From a virus (taxonomy: Duplodnaviria; Caudoviricetes), in IMG/VR virus record IMGVR_UViG_3300033073_000243, positions 20,600 through 84,599 of that record: 64,000 nt of DNA; one strand, given 5' to 3'. Positions 35,732-46,463 of this stretch are shown here, in pieces. A model generated the notes under the pieces. It was not told where the DNA came from and searched no databases. It saw only the letters and a list, made by a program, of their open reading frames with translations. The stretch's first letter is position 1. The number at the start of each line of letters is the position of its first letter. Position numbers and translations under genes: made by a program.

Positions 35732-36999
35732 TATTTCACTATACTTGCTAACTCTGGAAACACTGTGCTAAAATCAGTATCAGCATATTTGTCCATAAAC
35801 TTGATAAACTCTACAGTGTCGTTTAACTCATTCGAGTAATCTTCAGCGTTCATGTAGTTAATGGCATAATCACCATAGCGTATAATTCTACGCTTTTGTT
35901 GCTTAACTAATTTTTCATTTTGCCATTGACTATGTTGCCATAACGACATATCAGTGTCTATTGTTTCCTTAAACGCATTCCATTCTGCTGTTAACTTTTG
36001 CTTAATATCAGCTGGTAAAACTTTAGGGTTAATTGCCTTTGGATATTGCACAATGCTAGTATGGAACAACCCGCCTGCATTGTTAACAAATCGAACAATG
36101 TCTACCAGTCTAGTTATATTGTAAATGCTAATAGTAGTTGTAAGACTCATTTCAACATTCTTTAAAGCGTGAAGCTTTTGAACATTTTCTACGATCTTAC
36201 CAATGTCCCCGTTAGTTCTAAAATAACTAAATGTGTTATCATCACCGTCTATACTTACACGCAAAATGATCTTTTTAAATTTAGGCCAATGATCCAATAC
36301 ACTATAATTACCAATACCTAACGCTGTTAGATTACTGTTATAGCTTAATGTAATATTAGAAGCATAAGGCTCCATTGCTTCTATCATTTCCCAATGGCGT
36401 TTCTGTTGTAATGGTTCGCCGCCTGCTACTAGCACTTCCTTTAAGTAAGGAATAGCTGTTTTGAATTGTTCAAAGCTTTCTTCTGGTAAGTTGATATGCT
36501 TCTTCTCTAAACGTCCTGCTCCCCACTTAACAAAGAACTCTTTAACTTCAGGGTCTTTAAACGCCAATACTTCCCATTGACTACTGTAAGTAGGACTACA
36601 ATGTCTGCATCTTAAATTACAAGTATTGTCAAAACGAATCTCTATGCTTTGAGGTTCATAAGGCATACTGTAATCATCTGCAACTTTGCTAACAACTTCG
36701 TCAAAGTCAATCTTATATGATTGGCTGTATGTTTCATTGCAAGTATCACGAGTACTTGCAACTCCGCTATCTTCAAAATCCCAGCAACTACGACATCCGT
36801 TTGGACGCTCACCATTTAATAGTGCGCGGCGTAATTCTTTCGTTTCATCGCTGTTCCAAATGTCTTGTAGACTTTGTTTACGATAATCACCTATGCGATC
36901 AGGATATCTCCAACAAGCGGCAACTTTGCCTTCTTGTTTAATATTCTGATGTATAAATGGCATTATACAAAATGTCTTACTTCTTTCTGTAGTCATCAA
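35731..36999 (-). CDS. radical SAM enzyme with an N-terminal twitch-like region
   Basis: FCIMPFIH...ACW; IRFDNTCNLRCRHCSP; AGGEPL. Confidence 0.9.
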   Translation of the reverse strand: MMTTERSKTFCIMPFIHQNIKQEGKVAACWRYPDRIGDYRKQSLQDIWNSDETKELRRALLNGERPNGCRSCWDFEDSGVASTRDTCNETYSQSYKIDFDEVVSKVADDYSMPYEPQSIEIRFDNTCNLRCRHCSPTYSSQWEVLAFKDPEVKEFFVKWGAGRLEKKHINLPEESFEQFKTAIPYLKEVLVAGGEPLQQKRHWEMIEAMEPYASNITLSYNSNLTALGIGNYSVLDHWPKFKKIILRVSIDGDDNTFSYFRTNGDIGKIVENVQKLHALKNVEMSLTTTISIYNITRLVDIVRFVNNAGGLFHTSIVQYPKAINPKVLPADIKQKLTAEWNAFKETIDTDMSLWQHSQWQNEKLVKQQKRRIIRYGDYAINYMNAEDYSNELNDTVEFIKFMDKYADTDFSTVFPELASIVK

Positions 37000-38470
37000 A
37001 TGCCTTTGCTATGTCAGGGAATGTTTCTTCAAAACTTTCTTCGCGCAACTCGTCTAAGTCTTTTGTGTAGATTAATAACTTCTCGACATCGTTTGGTACT
37101 GGTTTGTATTTCTTGAAAATAGAAATCAACTTTTCTAACTTGACACGCATCTCTGCAATAAACCAATGCTCGTAGTCATCAAACGGCAAATGTTGGTACA
37201 TTACTTTAGTTTGACGATCTACAATGTCTAATAATTCTTTTGGTAACTGAGCTTCGTATAGCCCATTTACATTTACTTCTCTTAGTAGATCAAGACATAA
37301 CAATCTATTTCTAAACTTCAACTCGCTTACAGCAACAAGAATGTCGCAAATTGCTTTTTCTTTTATTTCCCAGGGCAACTGTATCATGGACAAATGACTT
37401 GGATATGTTAACACATTGAACTTAAACTTGCCGGCGGGCAATACTTCATTGCTCTTAGCAGTTTTATTAATGTTAACACTTGCAGCCATCCAATGTTCAT
37501 TAACGCTTTCATTCTTAGCAATCCACCAATCGAACATTTCTTTAATAGAACTAACATTATATACATTCAATGTTGGATTCCAAATGACGTTAATTGTTTC
37601 GCGTCGGCTTTCTTCTAACTCTAACCATGCCGTGACTGCATTATCAACAACATCCCATTTACTAGGATTGCGAATGTATTCATTAACTTTACCTACTCCA
37701 TCAATACTTAAAGAAAGAACAATCCGCTTAAACTGCTTTAGTCTCTCTAAATACTTTTCGCCGGGAATCCAACTACAGTTAGTGAAGATATCTAGTTTAA
37801 TGTTCTTAGCTACATCGATTTCGATTAGCATATCCATTAACTTAATAAAGTCAGGATGTACCATTGGTTCACCGCCAGTGAACTTGATTTCTTCTACATT
37901 AACAAAATCTTCCTTTTTCCAGTTAAAAGGAATGTTCATTGTTTTCTGTCCATGACTGTTAAGATACAGTTCACGCTCTTTGTGTCTACCGCTAGCAACT
38001 AACGCATTTTCATCTTCCCACCATGTGCTAGATAAGTCAGCATTACATGTACGACATTTTAGATTACAATAATTTCCAAATGTCATTTCAAGATATTTAA
38101 TTGTAGGTTTAGTTACATCGAAGGCAGGAGCCGAATTGTTTTTATCATTGCGTAGTTTATTTTCGGATGTACGCATCGAGAAACCATTGGTTGCTTCCTC
38201 TTGATAACACTTACTGCATCCAGCAACTGTCTCATTGTTTAGTAATTTTTGTCGTATGCTTTCCCAAAGTTCGCTGTTCTGCCCTTCCGATAAAGAAGTT
38301 CCTTTAGTGATGTTGTAGTGGTCAAAGACATATTTCTTTTCTGTTTCGCTGTCTAAGTATTCTTTGTTATGGAATTCAAAACGACAGCATGGCTTCATAG
38401 CACCGCTTGGTTTTACTTGCATGTGTACAAACGGTAATATGCAAAATGTTGTTCTTTTTTTCTCGCTCAT
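36977..38470 (-). CDS. radical SAM enzyme with an N-terminal twitch-like region
   Basis: FCILPFVH...PCC; FGNYCNLKCRTC; FTGGEPM. Confidence 0.9.
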   Translation of the reverse strand: MSEKKRTTFCILPFVHMQVKPSGAMKPCCRFEFHNKEYLDSETEKKYVFDHYNITKGTSLSEGQNSELWESIRQKLLNNETVAGCSKCYQEEATNGFSMRTSENKLRNDKNNSAPAFDVTKPTIKYLEMTFGNYCNLKCRTCNADLSSTWWEDENALVASGRHKERELYLNSHGQKTMNIPFNWKKEDFVNVEEIKFTGGEPMVHPDFIKLMDMLIEIDVAKNIKLDIFTNCSWIPGEKYLERLKQFKRIVLSLSIDGVGKVNEYIRNPSKWDVVDNAVTAWLELEESRRETINVIWNPTLNVYNVSSIKEMFDWWIAKNESVNEHWMAASVNINKTAKSNEVLPAGKFKFNVLTYPSHLSMIQLPWEIKEKAICDILVAVSELKFRNRLLCLDLLREVNVNGLYEAQLPKELLDIVDRQTKVMYQHLPFDDYEHWFIAEMRVKLEKLISIFKKYKPVPNDVEKLLIYTKDLDELREESFEETFPDIAKAFDDYRKK

Positions 38471-39528
38471 GACTTTAAAATGTTCTCTTTGTTTAAATTC
38501 TCTGTATAATATAATGTGGTGTTTTCTTCATATCCGCATATCATTAAGCAAGTTAGAAGATTTCCATTCTCGATTGTATCATTCCATTTATCACTTATAT
38601 TATACATCTTTTCAATAGCGTAGTCTACAGTTTTGGTGTTCAAGTCAAAATCATCTAACTTATGCAATTGATTGAACTGCAATGCCCCTGAACTATCATG
38701 TGTATATGTTCCAAGATAACAACATGGAAGCAATAAGCCACTTGCTGTTAGATATACTTCCTGTCTCTCTAAACTTTTACAACTAACCTTATGCTCATTG
38801 AGCCAAGTAAACTTTTCTAAATTAACCTTGGTTATAGATATCGGTATATGTTCAAGCTTACCGACATTGGAATGCTTGTACATATCTTGTTCGGGTGGCT
38901 CCAAAGTAAAACGATGTTCACCGTCTATCATTACCTTGTGCTCGTACTTTCCCCTGAACTTTTGGGTTACTTTGATTCTGAACTTTGCACCAACTTCTTC
39001 TGCTATTCGCTTTGCTTCTTCGACTTGATGCTCATTGTGTTTGAACACAATAAAATTCCACTGAGCGGCCCCGCCTGAGCTAATGTAAGATTTTAAGTTA
39101 GCTAATACTTTGTCATACCGAACACCGATTCTATACTTGTCTAGCGTTTCGTTATCTGTGCCATCTATTGCAAAGTTGATTAGAACATTTGGATGTGCTA
39201 ACTTTGCCCACCAATCTTCACCCCTATATCCGCCATTAGTGTCAATACTAACGCTCTTACATCCGTTGTTAAGCAAATAATTAACAAACTCTGGCAAGTC
39301 TTTATTAAGGCAAGGATCTCCGTATACTCCACTAAAATAAACATGATCCATTTGGCTTGCAAACTCTGGCGTAAACAACTTGTAAAATACGTCAGGTGAT
39401 AAATCGCCTTCTTGTAAATCAGGTTGAACAAAGCCAGTGGATGTGAATCTACTGCACATAGGGCAACGACTGTTGCACCTACTACTGGCTTCGACGTGGA
39501 CCATTTTAATTTTTTGTTTTTCAATCAT
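38467..39528 (-). CDS. radical SAM enzyme with a C-terminal SPASM-like region
   Basis: HVEASSRCNSRCPMC, SGVYGDP, AIDGTD, CKS...GLLLPCC...CLMIC. Confidence 0.9.
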   Translation of the reverse strand: MIEKQKIKMVHVEASSRCNSRCPMCSRFTSTGFVQPDLQEGDLSPDVFYKLFTPEFASQMDHVYFSGVYGDPCLNKDLPEFVNYLLNNGCKSVSIDTNGGYRGEDWWAKLAHPNVLINFAIDGTDNETLDKYRIGVRYDKVLANLKSYISSGGAAQWNFIVFKHNEHQVEEAKRIAEEVGAKFRIKVTQKFRGKYEHKVMIDGEHRFTLEPPEQDMYKHSNVGKLEHIPISITKVNLEKFTWLNEHKVSCKSLERQEVYLTASGLLLPCCYLGTYTHDSSGALQFNQLHKLDDFDLNTKTVDYAIEKMYNISDKWNDTIENGNLLTCLMICGYEENTTLYYTENLNKENILKS

Positions 39529-40349
39529 TTTTTAATTGTTGTCATCATTGCAAGGCCGCACTTCATTGTAACTTTATTCTTTTGAAAGTTAATACCGCTA
39601 TGTGCTTGGCAACGGTCAAATACAATTATTCCGCCACGCTTCCAGTTATACACTGCTTCTAATTCAAACCCGTCCAACCATTCACGCTTATAATGAGAAA
39701 AATACTTATTATAAGTTTCATCATCTATTGTACGCTTATTCCAATCTACATCCCATGGCGTTCCATCTCTGTGATAACATGGCATACCACGATAGTCGCT
39801 AATTGTGTAGAACACATTTGTTTCGTATTGCGGGCTATTCTTTGCAAAGTTTGTTCCATACATTAGGAAACGGTTCTTGAAGATTGCTGTGCCACACATA
39901 GGATGATCTTCTTCTTTGTTAGTGTGACATACCCATAATGGAATAATAAACTGCTTACCAGGAATACTATCACTGTCTTTTAGTGTATTAGGATTACCAG
40001 TATCGATATGCAAGTTATATGGCGTTGCTGTTAATAAGAAGTTGCCTTCCCATATTGTTTCATTTTCCAATTCTGGTATAACTGATTTAAGTTTGTCAAA
40101 GAATTTGTTTTGTATTACTCTATTATCAACATTGAAGTGTAGCGTACCATTCTTCTTAACACGACGAGATTGATGCTGTCTATGCATGAAATCTTCTAGC
40201 CATAACAATTCGTCTTCTGTAAACACATTGTCAACAGAATAACTACTGTCACTCCATGTGCTCATCCATTTTGGATGCTCGATTGGATCAACAGGTATAA
40301 ACTCTTTAACTAAATTGTCTCCGGGTACATATTCTAAATTATGTTCCAT
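39525..40349 (-). CDS. probable Fe(II)/2OG oxygenase-like protein
   Basis: NLHIDTG (HxD) ... WKRGGIIVFDRCQAHSG (distal His). Confidence 0.55.
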   Translation of the reverse strand: MEHNLEYVPGDNLVKEFIPVDPIEHPKWMSTWSDSSYSVDNVFTEDELLWLEDFMHRQHQSRRVKKNGTLHFNVDNRVIQNKFFDKLKSVIPELENETIWEGNFLLTATPYNLHIDTGNPNTLKDSDSIPGKQFIIPLWVCHTNKEEDHPMCGTAIFKNRFLMYGTNFAKNSPQYETNVFYTISDYRGMPCYHRDGTPWDVDWNKRTIDDETYNKYFSHYKREWLDGFELEAVYNWKRGGIIVFDRCQAHSGINFQKNKVTMKCGLAMMTTIKK

Positions 40350-41061
40350 CTTTAATCCCTTTCATTTTTTCGTATATCTTTTCCGCTAAAAATTCGTTCC
40401 CGTCGTGATCCAAATGATTACAATCTATTTCCGGATGCAAATCTTTACCAACTTTATATCCAAACTTCTTGGCATATTGTATAATGCCACCAAAATCAAT
40501 TAGAGGCAGATTGTAGTCTTTATTAACAATCCCCTGTGGCGCTAACATGTTCACAAAATAGTGCTCAATGCCATAATGCTTTAAGAATATATGTAATGTC
40601 AATAAATCCAAATTAATCTTTTCAGTTTCGTAGGTATCGTTATAAAACACACCATAATGAACATCTAAATAAGTTTGTACATCTTTCATAGGTACACGAC
40701 ACCACGGTCCTACAATGTTAACGATATAACTTTTATTTGCAAAAAAATCTACAGCCGGTCCTTCTATTTGATGTTCTGTAACAAGTTCTAATCTACTTAA
40801 ATCTGTTATACCAAAGAATACAATAAGATTACTTGCATTTTCTAAGTTGTCTAAAATGTATTCTTTAATAACTCTAAACGATCTTGCATTAGATCCGCCC
40901 GGTGCTGCTAAGTTTACAACATTATTAGTTGGAAAATATTTGTTTCCAAGCTTCTTAACCCATGAACGCTGATTGCATTCTTCTTTTGCAAACATATCAT
41001 TGGAATTTAGATAACTCCCAAATACATGACTACACCCGACTGCAACTATTGTTTTAGACAT
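40339..41061 (-). CDS. SGNH-like protein
   Basis: AVGCSH, NLAAPGGSN, DCNHL. Confidence 0.7.
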   Translation of the reverse strand: MSKTIVAVGCSHVFGSYLNSNDMFAKEECNQRSWVKKLGNKYFPTNNVVNLAAPGGSNARSFRVIKEYILDNLENASNLIVFFGITDLSRLELVTEHQIEGPAVDFFANKSYIVNIVGPWCRVPMKDVQTYLDVHYGVFYNDTYETEKINLDLLTLHIFLKHYGIEHYFVNMLAPQGIVNKDYNLPLIDFGGIIQYAKKFGYKVGKDLHPEIDCNHLDHDGNEFLAEKIYEKMKGIKDGT

Positions 41062-42470
41062 TAGATATCCTTAAAAATATCTTTCATCTCCGGGAATGTT
41101 TCATAGAAGTTAGTGCCACGCTGTGCATCTAGTAATTCAATGTACTCTTTCATTTCTGGTAAGCGTACACTCCAGTCTTCACTCTTAGCAAAACGAACCA
41201 TGCCTCTTAAACGATCTATTCCGTAGTTAGCACCCTCGAACATTTGTTGAGTTACTTTGCCTTTATGCCATTCAGGAACACCTAACTGCCAATTCTCTTT
41301 CCACCATGGAATGAATTCTTCATACTTGGCTTCGATTTCATCCTTGAACCATGCTGGTAATATCTTAACATTGAGATGCGGCGGATGGTAAACAAAGTGA
41401 TAGTTAATGCCGCCGGCGCCAAATGGCCACATGTTTACTTTCTTAAACCCGTGTTCTAGTTTCCACTTCAAGAACTCTGGAATGTAATAAATGTTTAATG
41501 CTTGAACTGCACAAGCGATTGTAACTTCTACATTATCAGAGGTTTCTTCGTCTAACTGTCTAAATGCTTCTAAGTTTCGTTCCCACTTACTTGGATAACG
41601 AATATAATCATTGCGTTCTCCAACTGCATCAACACTATAGTGATAACGAACAAGTTTGAAGTGTTTCCACAACTCAAACAAGTCTTCACGCCATTCTACA
41701 CCATTACTGTTATAACGAATTTCCATATCTTTGGCATAGCCGCGCTTAATACACTCTTCTAAAATCTCATAGTGTTCTTCAATGATTAGCGGTTCTCCTC
41801 CTGCAAAATACAATTGCTTCATGTTAGGGATCTGTTCCCATAACTGTTCCCAGAACTTAGGATTGTTCTTATGCCAATTGTAACTTGCCCCGTTTTCTTG
41901 TCCTTTGTTACCCCATTGCATACTGTCTTTTAAAACAGGATGTTGGACTTTTGGATACATCTTTTGCCACTCTGGAATCCATAAGCTACTGTCATGAGGG
42001 CTACACATTACACAAGCTAAATTACACTTGGTGCCAAAACGCATATCAATATAAGCAATATGAGGAGGTACGCTTCCATCTGGTTCAGTATCTGCAATTA
42101 GCTTATCTAAATCAACACGCTGACGCCAATATGCTGTTTCCCATTGACGTTTACTTTTGTGTCCTTCTCTTTCCTCTTTGTAGCATTTGATACAACTAGG
42201 TGGCTCGGAACCCGCTAACATGTGTAAGCGGTTGTTCTTCATGTAATCGTTATTCCAACTTGTTAAAAAGTCAGTGTGGTTTAGGTTAGCAGGTTTGCCG
42301 TCTGCGTTTTTGAGAACGCCAACTTCGCCGCCATAAACTTTATCGTTGGTAGGACCAACACTACTGGCATTAGCTGTACAACATACACGCATGTGTCCAT
42401 TTGGTCTTGTGCTTAAATGTACCCATGGTAAGATACAAAATGTTTTGCTTGGTAAGTTATCTTCTGTCAT
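41061..42470 (-). CDS. radical SAM enzyme with an N-terminal twitch-like region
   Basis: FCILPWVH...VCC; DMRFGTKCNLACVMCSP; FAGGEPL. Confidence 0.9.
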   Translation of the reverse strand: MTEDNLPSKTFCILPWVHLSTRPNGHMRVCCTANASSVGPTNDKVYGGEVGVLKNADGKPANLNHTDFLTSWNNDYMKNNRLHMLAGSEPPSCIKCYKEEREGHKSKRQWETAYWRQRVDLDKLIADTEPDGSVPPHIAYIDMRFGTKCNLACVMCSPHDSSLWIPEWQKMYPKVQHPVLKDSMQWGNKGQENGASYNWHKNNPKFWEQLWEQIPNMKQLYFAGGEPLIIEEHYEILEECIKRGYAKDMEIRYNSNGVEWREDLFELWKHFKLVRYHYSVDAVGERNDYIRYPSKWERNLEAFRQLDEETSDNVEVTIACAVQALNIYYIPEFLKWKLEHGFKKVNMWPFGAGGINYHFVYHPPHLNVKILPAWFKDEIEAKYEEFIPWWKENWQLGVPEWHKGKVTQQMFEGANYGIDRLRGMVRFAKSEDWSVRLPEMKEYIELLDAQRGTNFYETFPEMKDIFKDI

Positions 42471-42474
42471 ATTG

Positions 42475-43227
42475 TTATTTACTGTTTATTATCTGCTTAA
42501 AATGTTCCGTTATGAATTCAGCTAAATCTTCATGAGACTCTTGTGACCAATGATCTCCTGCCAATTGGTAACCTCTTTTCTTTATGATATTATTTACATT
42601 GATAGTTGGTAAGGATTTTGCTTGTTCTATTAAGAAATGATATCTAGGTTCGTTTTCTAACTCTATATATCGTTCTTCTATTTCTTTTCCAAATTCAAGA
42701 AATGTTACAGGTATATTAAGCGTTTTTAAATGCGATGTTAGCATAATTAAATCCATAAGATCCTCAACTGCCCATTGTATTGGATTGTGTGATAGTACTT
42801 TTTCTTTTAAGTAATCTTTCCATATAAAATGAGGATGTATTACTGCTACTTGAATATCAGTAAAATTACCGTTTGGATATATAAACAACTCCCTAAACAC
42901 CGGAGGAACTTGAAAATATATTGCATCAATAATTTGTCCCGATGCTAATACTTCTAACAGTCTAAGCATATTTGCTCTAACTGCGCCGCCGTTCTCTGCA
43001 AGATTGTGCGTTGTTATTTCATCGGTATTCATTAATGCTGGATAAGCTAACTCTTTGTTATCCTTAATATATGCTTGTAAAAATTCATGATTCGAAAAAG
43101 CTTTTGATCTTCTGTTGTAATACGCATCTCTGTCAGGTTTATCCGTAAACTTCCACGGAAACCATTTGGCATCAGAAAGCTCGTCACCTGCTGTGAAACT
43201 GCAACCAAAGAAATAAATGTTCTTCAT
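42475..43227 (-). CDS. SGNH-like protein
   Basis: FFGCSFTAG, NLAENGG, GDHWS. Confidence 0.65.
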   Translation of the reverse strand: MKNIYFFGCSFTAGDELSDAKWFPWKFTDKPDRDAYYNRRSKAFSNHEFLQAYIKDNKELAYPALMNTDEITTHNLAENGGAVRANMLRLLEVLASGQIIDAIYFQVPPVFRELFIYPNGNFTDIQVAVIHPHFIWKDYLKEKVLSHNPIQWAVEDLMDLIMLTSHLKTLNIPVTFLEFGKEIEERYIELENEPRYHFLIEQAKSLPTINVNNIIKKRGYQLAGDHWSQESHEDLAEFITEHFKQIINSK

Positions 43228-44285
43228 AAAACTTTATATCCCCCAATTGGTAGCTTTTCTAATTTCTTAACACTACACACCTCTGTACACCTATGTATGC
43301 GATCAGTTTTGCCGGTACCATGAACATTACTGCTCCAGCTTTCTACTAAGTCATTTGAATAGAAAGAATGACTTAACACTTCAGCTACACTGTGCTTTTC
43401 TAAATTGTTCCAATCATCCGATCCATACGCATCAAATAATCTCTGCTGTAATAATGCCCGCTTTCCTTCGTCTGTGTTAACAAAACCATTTTGAATAAAA
43501 CAACATGGCCATAATTTGCTATCATAACCTATGAAAAACATTTTCCTGTTTCCATAGTTACATGCAATATCATCGTTTACTGTGTTTAATAAGCTATTGT
43601 TTATGTCGTCGACATTAGATACTTTTTTCTTCTTTGTAATGTTCTCTACTTTAATCTTTTGGATCTGTGCAAGTCCTAAAGATGTTGCTACACTTCTATC
43701 ATGTCTGCTTGCAAATTCTACAAAGCCCATCTTAACACTTAATTCTTTGGCTTCGTTAATTTGATGTTCATTCCACGGGAAGATTAAGTATTGCCAAAAA
43801 GCACGACCGCCTGCGGCGATAAATGCTTCTGCATTTTCCATAATTTTCTTCCAAGTAGTGTTTTGTCTATATAAGTGGTTAGTGTCTTCTAATCCATCTA
43901 TGCTAAACTTAACAACATGATTACGATGCTGTTTAAGTACCGTTGCTAATTTTGTCCAATACTCTGTATTTCTTAAACTTGCATTTGTATGAATTAATAT
44001 GTTGTACTTCTTAACTGTACTTGCCCAATCTAGAAATTCAAGAAACTCCGGATGCATTAATGGATCATCAATGGTTCCACAAAACTCTAAATCAACTACA
44101 GACTGAAAATCAGGTGCTGTTAAAATCTTCTTAAATGTATCAAATAAAATGTATTGTTTGTCAGGGATAATGCTTTTCTTGTGATTGAAATGCATGTCTG
44201 TGCGAACACAACCCAAGCAAAGTGCATTACACATACTGCTTAACTCAAACTGTAGTTTTGATGGGTTTATTAAATAGTTATTCAT
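43224..44285 (-). CDS. radical SAM enzyme with a C-terminal SPASM-like region
   Basis: ELSSMCNALCLGC, CGTIDDP, SIDGLEDTN, WPCC...CTEVC. Confidence 0.9.
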   Translation of the reverse strand: MNNYLINPSKLQFELSSMCNALCLGCVRTDMHFNHKKSIIPDKQYILFDTFKKILTAPDFQSVVDLEFCGTIDDPLMHPEFLEFLDWASTVKKYNILIHTNASLRNTEYWTKLATVLKQHRNHVVKFSIDGLEDTNHLYRQNTTWKKIMENAEAFIAAGGRAFWQYLIFPWNEHQINEAKELSVKMGFVEFASRHDRSVATSLGLAQIQKIKVENITKKKKVSNVDDINNSLLNTVNDDIACNYGNRKMFFIGYDSKLWPCCFIQNGFVNTDEGKRALLQQRLFDAYGSDDWNNLEKHSVAEVLSHSFYSNDLVESWSSNVHGTGKTDRIHRCTEVCSVKKLEKLPIGGYKVL

Positions 44286-45222
44286 TTCTCTTTGGTATCA
44301 ATACATCTGCTGTACACATACACCATTCTGTGTGGCAAGTAGTAGGAGCAGGAGACAATTCCTTAAAGTCTAATATAGTTCCAATCCTAGTAGCTTGTCT
44401 ACATGCTGATTGCATAATATCTCCGTCGGCTCTAATTAAGATATGGTCAACACCTAAATTACATTGCCAACCTAAGAATGTATTTTTTCTATTGTTAGTG
44501 TATTCAACTTCGTCAAATTTTGTCACAACTCCGTTTTCTTCTATAAAAGAATTGCCATAATAATTGTTTTGTGGGGGAGGAAAACCTGTTGGGCTAAATC
44601 TAACTGTGCTGTTATCATTTAGCCAATCTAACTGTTCCTGTGTGTAATCGTAACTTTTATCCGCTGACCCGAAACCCTCGTCTCTTCTGAAAACTCTGCT
44701 AGGTGCAATAGTTACATTAGGCATGCTTTTAAATTTGTTATAAGCATTTACAGACTTTTCCCAGTATGGCGGGAACATTAAAGTAAATACACCTACATTT
44801 GTTTGTGTTCCAATGTATTCTACTTTTTCAAATATTTCTTCATCTACTACAGCTTCTGGATGATAGCTTATAGTTACTTTATAAATCTTCTTGGCATATT
44901 CTTGCCACCATTCTAAACTGCGACTACCATTTGTATTAACATACGCACACCAATTGTTTTCTGCACAGAAGTCGATAATAGTTTCTAAGCTAGGACTTAT
45001 AGTTGGCTCACCACCATTTATGTAAATATGCACACTGCGACCTTGTACATATCTTTTGATTGTTTCAAGAAAGTTTTTAACTATAGCAGGATCTTCTACT
45101 TTACTTTTTAAAAAGTTAGTCCCGTTATATAATCCTGGATGACAATAACTGCATTTGTAAGTGCAAAGAGTGTTTAATGTCCAATCAATAGTAAACCTAT
45201 TGGTATCATTGTATATTCTCAT
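44278..45222 (-). CDS. radical SAM enzyme with a C-terminal twitch-like region
   Basis: WTLNTLCTYKCSYC, NGGEPT, GWQCNLG...SAC...CHTEWCMC; start MRIY at 45222. Confidence 0.9.
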   Translation of the reverse strand: MRIYNDTNRFTIDWTLNTLCTYKCSYCHPGLYNGTNFLKSKVEDPAIVKNFLETIKRYVQGRSVHIYINGGEPTISPSLETIIDFCAENNWCAYVNTNGSRSLEWWQEYAKKIYKVTISYHPEAVVDEEIFEKVEYIGTQTNVGVFTLMFPPYWEKSVNAYNKFKSMPNVTIAPSRVFRRDEGFGSADKSYDYTQEQLDWLNDNSTVRFSPTGFPPPQNNYYGNSFIEENGVVTKFDEVEYTNNRKNTFLGWQCNLGVDHILIRADGDIMQSACRQATRIGTILDFKELSPAPTTCHTEWCMCTADVLIPKRNE

Positions 45223-46457
45223 TCTATGTCTTTTAACCAAGGAAATGTTTCACGCCAATTAGTACCACGGCGTGTATCGATAATATTTAACTCATCTTTC
45301 AATTGTTTAATATTCGCTTTATTCCCGGCTGACGAGTTAATTTCATTGAAAATTCCCTCTGCATACTGTAACGATACTGGATCTTCATCAAATAGTTCTT
45401 TGTTTAATTCCAATATTTCCTCTATGTACTTTGTATAAGTTCCTGCGGGCATAATAGATGGATTGTACTTAATTGGATCTATACACTTGTTATAGTTTAC
45501 TGATATGATACGCTTTTCTTTCCACTTCAATATCTTTCTAATCAATTCTGGAATATAAGGTATACTTAAAGTAGTTACAGTCAAATTCATTGTAGGGATA
45601 ATTTCAGGACATTCGTTTACCATGTATAACATGTTTTCCTGAAATGTTTCCATATCCATACCAAAACGAATGTATTCGATAGCTGGACCCCAACAATCTA
45701 TACTTGCTACAAACCTAATTTCTTTTACTGTACTTGCTAACTTACGCATCTTATCCATGCCACGCTTGAATAAGACCGGCTTAACTTGCATATTACTGTA
45801 AATCTCTACATCACATTCTTTGTTAGGATGTTCAATCATCCAATCAACACAATCCCAAGTTTCATTTTGAATAAAAGATTCTCCACCTAACAAATCAAAT
45901 GCTTTTAAGTTAGTATAGTTCTTTTCCATCCATTGATAGAACTTTTCTAAACGCTGTTTGTATGTTGCATCAAGTTCCCATGGATCAAAATCGTAATCTT
46001 TGCTTTCTTCATATTGCCATTTCTCTTTAACCCAAGCACTACTTAGATTAGGACCACAATATAAACATTTTAAATTACACTTGTTATTGAAGTGTACACT
46101 TAATTGTGTAGGTTGAACTTTAGTTGCTCTTGGATTGCTATACAATTCAACAGGAACATATCTTGAATTTTCAGGTCTGCTAAAAAAGTTAACTCTGTCA
46201 CTCATCCCACCTGCTAACTCTTGATCTCTACAATGTTCGCATCCGCGACCATCACTAGGCCATTCTCCTCGTAACATCTTTTCACGATGTTCAACTACTG
46301 GCGCTGTATTGTGAAAGTCATAATCATCTGGGATATCTGCGTTTTGGTTTCTATGACAACTGCTACTTTTATTTTCCCATAGGTAAAGACTTACCTGACT
46401 CCATTTTTGTAAACAGGCAGTATCTCCTTTTGCCGGGAACCATTTTGCAACTGACAT
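45219..46457 (-). CDS. radical SAM enzyme with an N-terminal Cys region
   Basis: ACLQKW...SSCH...GCEHC; FNNKCNLKCLYC; LLGGE. Confidence 0.9.
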   Translation of the reverse strand: MSVAKWFPAKGDTACLQKWSQVSLYLWENKSSSCHRNQNADIPDDYDFHNTAPVVEHREKMLRGEWPSDGRGCEHCRDQELAGGMSDRVNFFSRPENSRYVPVELYSNPRATKVQPTQLSVHFNNKCNLKCLYCGPNLSSAWVKEKWQYEESKDYDFDPWELDATYKQRLEKFYQWMEKNYTNLKAFDLLGGESFIQNETWDCVDWMIEHPNKECDVEIYSNMQVKPVLFKRGMDKMRKLASTVKEIRFVASIDCWGPAIEYIRFGMDMETFQENMLYMVNECPEIIPTMNLTVTTLSIPYIPELIRKILKWKEKRIISVNYNKCIDPIKYNPSIMPAGTYTKYIEEILELNKELFDEDPVSLQYAEGIFNEINSSAGNKANIKQLKDELNIIDTRRGTNWRETFPWLKDIE

Positions 46458-46463
46458 ATATCC